A stretch of 64,000 bases of DNA, from NCBI GenBank assembly GCA_964515075.1, contig CAZETE010000004.1, forward strand, positions 3,353 to 67,352, read 5' to 3'. Made by a program: the position numbers and the translations under genes. Below are positions 60,305-64,000 of the stretch, piece after piece. Numbering within the stretch: position 1 is the stretch's first letter; each line of letters begins with the position of its first letter. Origin of the DNA: an uncultured Actinomycetota bacterium (GTDB lineage: Bacteria > Actinomycetota > Geothermincolia > Geothermincolales > Geothermincolaceae). A model generated the notes under the pieces. That model was given only the letters and a program-made list of their open reading frames with translations. It did no database searches and was not told the origin of the DNA.

Positions 60305-61909
60305 CTACTCGGCCCCGATGATGTAGTGGTAGACGGGCTGGCCGCCGTCGATGACCTCGACCTCCAGGCCGCTCTCCTCGATGGAGCCCAGGATGCTCGC
60401 GCGGCTGGCCTCGTCGGCATCCTCCCCGACGATGAAGGTGATCAGGTCGGTCCCGTCGCCGGCCATCTCCCGGATGAGCTCGGTGGTGGTGGCCTCCAGC
60501 TCCTTGCCCGCCGAGACGATCCGCTTCCCGTACAGCCCGATGAAGTCGCCCTTTTTGATCTTGCCCGCCCCGGACCGCGAGTCGCGCACCGCCCGGGTCA
60601 CCGCGCCGGTGCGGATGGAGGAACAGGCCCTGGTCATGTTCTCCAGGTTGCCCTCCCAGGACTCCCGGGGATCGAAGGAGACCAGCGCGGTGAACCCCTC
60701 GGTGATGGCCTTGGCCGGTATCACTCCCACCTTCTTCGCGGTGAGCTCCCGGGTCTGTTCGGCCGCGGGGATGATGTTCTTGTTGTTGGGCAGGACCAGG
60801 ACCTCCTGCTGGGGCACGCTCTCTATGGCCTTGAGCATCTCGGCGGTGGAGGGGTTCATGCTCTGGCCCCCGTTGACGATGACGTCCACGCCCATGTCCT
60901 TGAGGATGCCCTTGATGCCCTCGCCGTTGGCGATGGCCACCAGGCCGATGCGCCTGCCGTTGAGGTCGGCCCGCCCGGCGGCGACCTCCTCCGCCTGCTC
61001 CCGGAGGTCGTCTATCTCCACCTGGGAGAGGCGCCCGACGGCGCTGGCCTCCTCGACGACGCGGCCGAGCTGGTCGGTGTGCACGTGCACCCGGTAAAGC
61101 TTCTCGCCGCCCACCACCAGGACGGAGGTGCCCAGTTCGCGCAGGCGCTCGCGGAAGGCGTCCACCCTGGCGTCCCGGCACTTGAGCATGAACTGGATCT
61201 CGTAGCGCCCCTCCTCTTCCTCGGCGGCCGGGGCGGCCGCGCCGGCCCCGGGGGCCTCGCGGTCGGCCGGGTATCTCTTGAGCTCCTCGCCGGTCAGGCC
61301 GGCGTAGATGCCCTCCAGGAAGACCACCAGCCCCCGTCCGCCCGCGTCCACCACCCCCGCTTCCTTGAGGACGGGCAGGAGCTCGGGGGTGAGCTCCAGC
61401 GAGGCGCGGGAGGCCGCGAGCACCCCGTCCAGCCACTCCTCCACGCTGCCCGCCTGCCGGGCCAGGGCCCGGCCCTGCTCGGACGCCTCCCGCACCACCG
61501 TGAGGATGGTGCCTTCCACCGGCTTCATCACCGCCCGGTAGGCGACCTCGGAGCCGCGGGCCAGGGCCTCGGACAGCTCGGCCACACCGGCGGTCTCGCA
61601 CTCCGCAAGGACCTCGCAGAGGCCCTTGAGGATCTGGGAGAGCACCACGCCGGAGTTGCCGCGCGCGCCCATCAGGGAGCCGCGGGAGATGGCGCGGCAC
61701 AGCGGGCCCATCCCGGCGGCCGGGGCCTTGCCCATCTCCTCCACCACCGCCTGCACGGTGAGGTACATGTTGGTCCCGGTGTCCCCGTCCGGCACCGGGA
61801 AGACGTTGAGCGCGTTGACCTCGTCGCGGTGCAGTTCCAGCGCGTCCAGCGCCTTCCTGACCAGGCACTCCAGGTCCCGCGCTCCGATCCGTTCCGTCAA
61901 GGGCCACAC
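60305..61909 (-). CDS. fakA: DAK2-domain protein YloV / fatty acid kinase FakA
   Basis: An N-terminal DAK2 domain (..NVFPVPDGDTGTNM..), a middle domain and a C-terminal DegV-interaction-like domain. It sits in the conserved yloU-yloV-recG position. Confidence 0.75.
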   Translation of the reverse strand: MWPLTERIGARDLECLVRKALDALELHRDEVNALNVFPVPDGDTGTNMYLTVQAVVEEMGKAPAAGMGPLCRAISRGSLMGARGNSGVVLSQILKGLCEVLAECETAGVAELSEALARGSEVAYRAVMKPVEGTILTVVREASEQGRALARQAGSVEEWLDGVLAASRASLELTPELLPVLKEAGVVDAGGRGLVVFLEGIYAGLTGEELKRYPADREAPGAGAAAPAAEEEEGRYEIQFMLKCRDARVDAFRERLRELGTSVLVVGGEKLYRVHVHTDQLGRVVEEASAVGRLSQVEIDDLREQAEEVAAGRADLNGRRIGLVAIANGEGIKGILKDMGVDVIVNGGQSMNPSTAEMLKAIESVPQQEVLVLPNNKNIIPAAEQTRELTAKKVGVIPAKAITEGFTALVSFDPRESWEGNLENMTRACSSIRTGAVTRAVRDSRSGAGKIKKGDFIGLYGKRIVSAGKELEATTTELIREMAGDGTDLITFIVGEDADEASRASILGSIEESGLEVEVIDGGQPVYHYIIGAE

Positions 61910-61952
61910 TCCTCCCCGTCAAACCCTTAAGCCAACAAGCCCGGCGGCCGCC

Positions 61953-62372
61953 TCAGTGGGCGCGCACGCCCTGGATGTGCACCTGGACGTCCTCGACCTC
62001 CAGTCCGGTGGCGCTGGTCACCGTGTACTTCACCTGGTCGATGAGGTTCCGCGCCACCTCGGTCATGTTGATCCCGGCCTCCACGATGATGAACAGGCTG
62101 AAGGAGACCTGGTTACCCTTTCTCTTCAGCTTGACCCCGCGCTTGAGGGTCTCCCGGCCCAGCAGCTGGGCCACGCCCTCCTGCAGGCTCTGGCCGGCCA
62201 TGCCCACCACGCCGTAGCACTGGGTGCAGGAGATGCCGGCCAGTTCGGCCAGCACGTCGTCTGAGATGCGGATGCCGCCCAGGGGTGTGCGGACCTCCCC
62301 GTCCTCCCGCACTTCCCTCTCCTTCGCCTCCAGCGGCGGCGCGGCCGCCTCCTCCCTGCCGCGGCGGATCAT
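61953..62372 (-). CDS. Asp23/Gls24 family stress protein (YloU-like)
   Basis: The ..GIRISDDVLAELAGISCTQCYGVVGM.. Asp23 core. Confidence 0.8.
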   Translation of the reverse strand: MIRRGREEAAAPPLEAKEREVREDGEVRTPLGGIRISDDVLAELAGISCTQCYGVVGMAGQSLQEGVAQLLGRETLKRGVKLKRKGNQVSFSLFIIVEAGINMTEVARNLIDQVKYTVTSATGLEVEDVQVHIQGVRAH

Positions 62373-62494
62373 CCCGCGTCCTCCTCCCGCGTTCCGGGCC
62401 TTCCCCGGAGCGCCCGCATCCGCGTTGGGGCGGGGAGGGCCCGGGGGCGACCTCGTTCCGGAGTCAATGGCCTGTCCATCATCTGAGCATTATA

Positions 62495-63964
62495 TCACTC
62501 GCGGAAGAATACCCGGTTGCGCCCGGATTCCTTGGCCTCGTAAAGGGCGGAGTCGGCCTTGGCCACGATGTCCGACCGGCTGGTTATCCCGGCCGAGGGG
62601 TAGCAGGTCACGCCCTGGCTGACGGTGACCTTGAGCCCCTTGCCGTGGCTGGCCATGAAGTCGTGGCTCTCCACCGCCCGGCGGATGCGCTCGGCCGTCT
62701 GCACCGCCTCGGGCAGGTTGGTCTCGGGCAGGAGGATGGCGAACTCCTCGCCGCCGTAGCGGGCCAGCAGGTCCATGGTGCGCAGGCACCCCTTGACCAG
62801 GTCCGCCATCTCCTTCAATATCTCGTCGCCGTAGAGGTGCCCGTAGGTGTCGTTGATCCGCTTGAAGAAGTCGATGTCCAGCATGATCAGGGAGAAGATG
62901 GTGCCGTACCTGTCCGAGCGCTTGTACTCCTTCTCGAAGAGCTCCTGGAAGAAGCGGTGGTTGTAGATGCGGGTCAGCCCGTCGGTGATGGCCAGGCGCT
63001 TGGCCGACTCGTAGAGGCGCGCGTTGTCCAGGACCATGGTGACCTCGTTGAGGATGAGGTTGAGCAGGGCCGGGGCGTCGCGTTTGAAGGCCGGGGTGGC
63101 CGGGCCCGCCAGCAGCAGCACCCCCACGATCTTCTTCTGGGCGGTCAGCGGCACGTGGAAGCAGGCCGGCGCCCTCTGCCCCTCGACCCCCTCCACCCTC
63201 AGCTCCTCGTTGAAAACGACCGGGTTGAGCTCCTCGACCCCCCTCCTCTCCCAGGCGTAGCCCACCGCGACGTCGACGAGGGCGCCGTAGAACTCCTCGA
63301 GGGAGGCGTCGGTATATTCCCGGTTGGGGTAGACGAAGAGGTCGTTCTCCTCGAAGAGGAGCAGCCCGCCCAGGTTGTAGCCGGCCAGCTTGCCGATGAT
63401 CTCGAAGACGGAGCGGATGGTCTCGGAGTAGTCCTGCAGGGTGACGGAGAGGCCGGCGATCTCGTTGAGCACGGTGGTCTCGTAGAGCTTGGTGTCCAGC
63501 AGGTCCATGACCTTGTCGATGACGTAATCCTCGGTGACCTCCCGGGTGCGCCGGCGGGCCGCCTCCCGGGCCTGGCCGGCCTCCTTCCCCTTCTCCAGCA
63601 GCCCCTCGACGGCCTCGAGGAGGGTCTCGGGCTTGAAGCCCTTGGTGATGTAGGCGTCGGCCCCGGTCTTCAAGCCCCAGAACATGTCGCTCTTCTGCTC
63701 CCTGCCGGTGAGCATGATGACGGGTATCCACGAGGTCTGGGGGTCGTCCTTGAGCAGCCGGCAGACCTGGTAGCCCTTGATCTTGGGCATCTCGATGTCC
63801 AGCATGATCAGGTCGGGCAGCAGGGAGTAGGCCCGGCTGACCGCCTCCACCCCGTCCCAGGCCACGTCCACCTCGTAGCCCTCTTTCTCCAGGATGGAGC
63901 TGTTGACCTTCACGACCAGCTTGTTGTCGTCGGCCAGCAGGATGTGCGCCTTCGGAGCCATTTC
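62495..63964 (-). CDS. response-regulator receiver / GAF-like / GGDEF diguanylate cyclase
   Basis: A REC domain (..ILLADDN...MLDIEMP.., phospho-Asp context), a central sensory domain and a GGDEF domain (..RYGGEEFAILL..). Confidence 0.8.
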   Translation of the reverse strand, partial: EMAPKAHILLADDNKLVVKVNSSILEKEGYEVDVAWDGVEAVSRAYSLLPDLIMLDIEMPKIKGYQVCRLLKDDPQTSWIPVIMLTGREQKSDMFWGLKTGADAYITKGFKPETLLEAVEGLLEKGKEAGQAREAARRRTREVTEDYVIDKVMDLLDTKLYETTVLNEIAGLSVTLQDYSETIRSVFEIIGKLAGYNLGGLLLFEENDLFVYPNREYTDASLEEFYGALVDVAVGYAWERRGVEELNPVVFNEELRVEGVEGQRAPACFHVPLTAQKKIVGVLLLAGPATPAFKRDAPALLNLILNEVTMVLDNARLYESAKRLAITDGLTRIYNHRFFQELFEKEYKRSDRYGTIFSLIMLDIDFFKRINDTYGHLYGDEILKEMADLVKGCLRTMDLLARYGGEEFAILLPETNLPEAVQTAERIRRAVESHDFMASHGKGLKVTVSQGVTCYPSAGITSRSDIVAKADSALYEAKESGRNRVFFRE

Positions 63965-64000
63965 CCCTCCCCGCGGGTCCACTCGTCGGTCAGGGAATAT

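Overview
This is a 64 kb window of bacterial chromosome at about 70% GC. Because GC is so high, many long antisense ORFs in the six-frame track are artefacts; I called genes by recognisable protein families and rejected the others. The gene neighbourhoods are strikingly Firmicutes-like (ywlC/tsaC-ywlE-rpiB-glyA; yceD-rpmF-plsX-rnc; yloU(asp23)-yloV(fakA)-recG; rsmD-coaD; cysE-cysS, clpC, radA, gltX close together). That argues for a high-GC Firmicutes-related lineage such as Symbiobacterium, Thermaerobacter or Limnochordia, rather than Actinobacteria. Metabolic genes suggest an anaerobe or microaerophile: a tungsten-type aldehyde:ferredoxin oxidoreductase with a MoaD-like gene, two ADP-forming acyl-CoA synthetase genes, a DUF39 plus NIL-ferredoxin pair for homocysteine synthesis from sulfide, and rubrerythrin. 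The same region also carries catalase-peroxidase KatG. c-di-GMP signalling is represented by a membrane GAF-HD-GYP phosphodiesterase and a response-regulator GGDEF cyclase.

The most interesting findings, in window order:
- An operon of unknown function at the left edge. A strong promoter drives a highly repetitive small protein, followed by a transglutaminase-domain lipoprotein, a small HEAT-repeat protein and a truncated PqqD/RRE-like protein.
- A roughly 270 nt leader with its own promoter and terminator just upstream of the homocysteine-synthesis genes. It looks like a riboswitch but I could not assign a class.
- A histidine-rich putative metallochaperone next to AOR and MoaD, whose His tail is encoded by a GT-rich microsatellite.
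- Two tandem CrtI-family oxidoreductase paralogues that share a perfectly identical 586 bp tract, pointing to recent gene conversion.
- A PafB/PafC-like pair of WYL-domain regulators.
- A low-GC island of about 1.9 kb that begins right after a tRNA 3'-end-like fragment and carries a TPR membrane protein and a DUF433/DUF5615 toxin-antitoxin pair.
- An in-frame rnc::degV fusion (RNase III joined to a DegV/FakB fatty-acid-binding domain) in the plsX lipid operon, with fakA (yloV) nearby.
- A perfect 31 bp-arm palindrome followed by a G-quadruplex-prone GGGT tract between recG and rsmD.

I found no CRISPR array, no rRNA and no intact tRNA.
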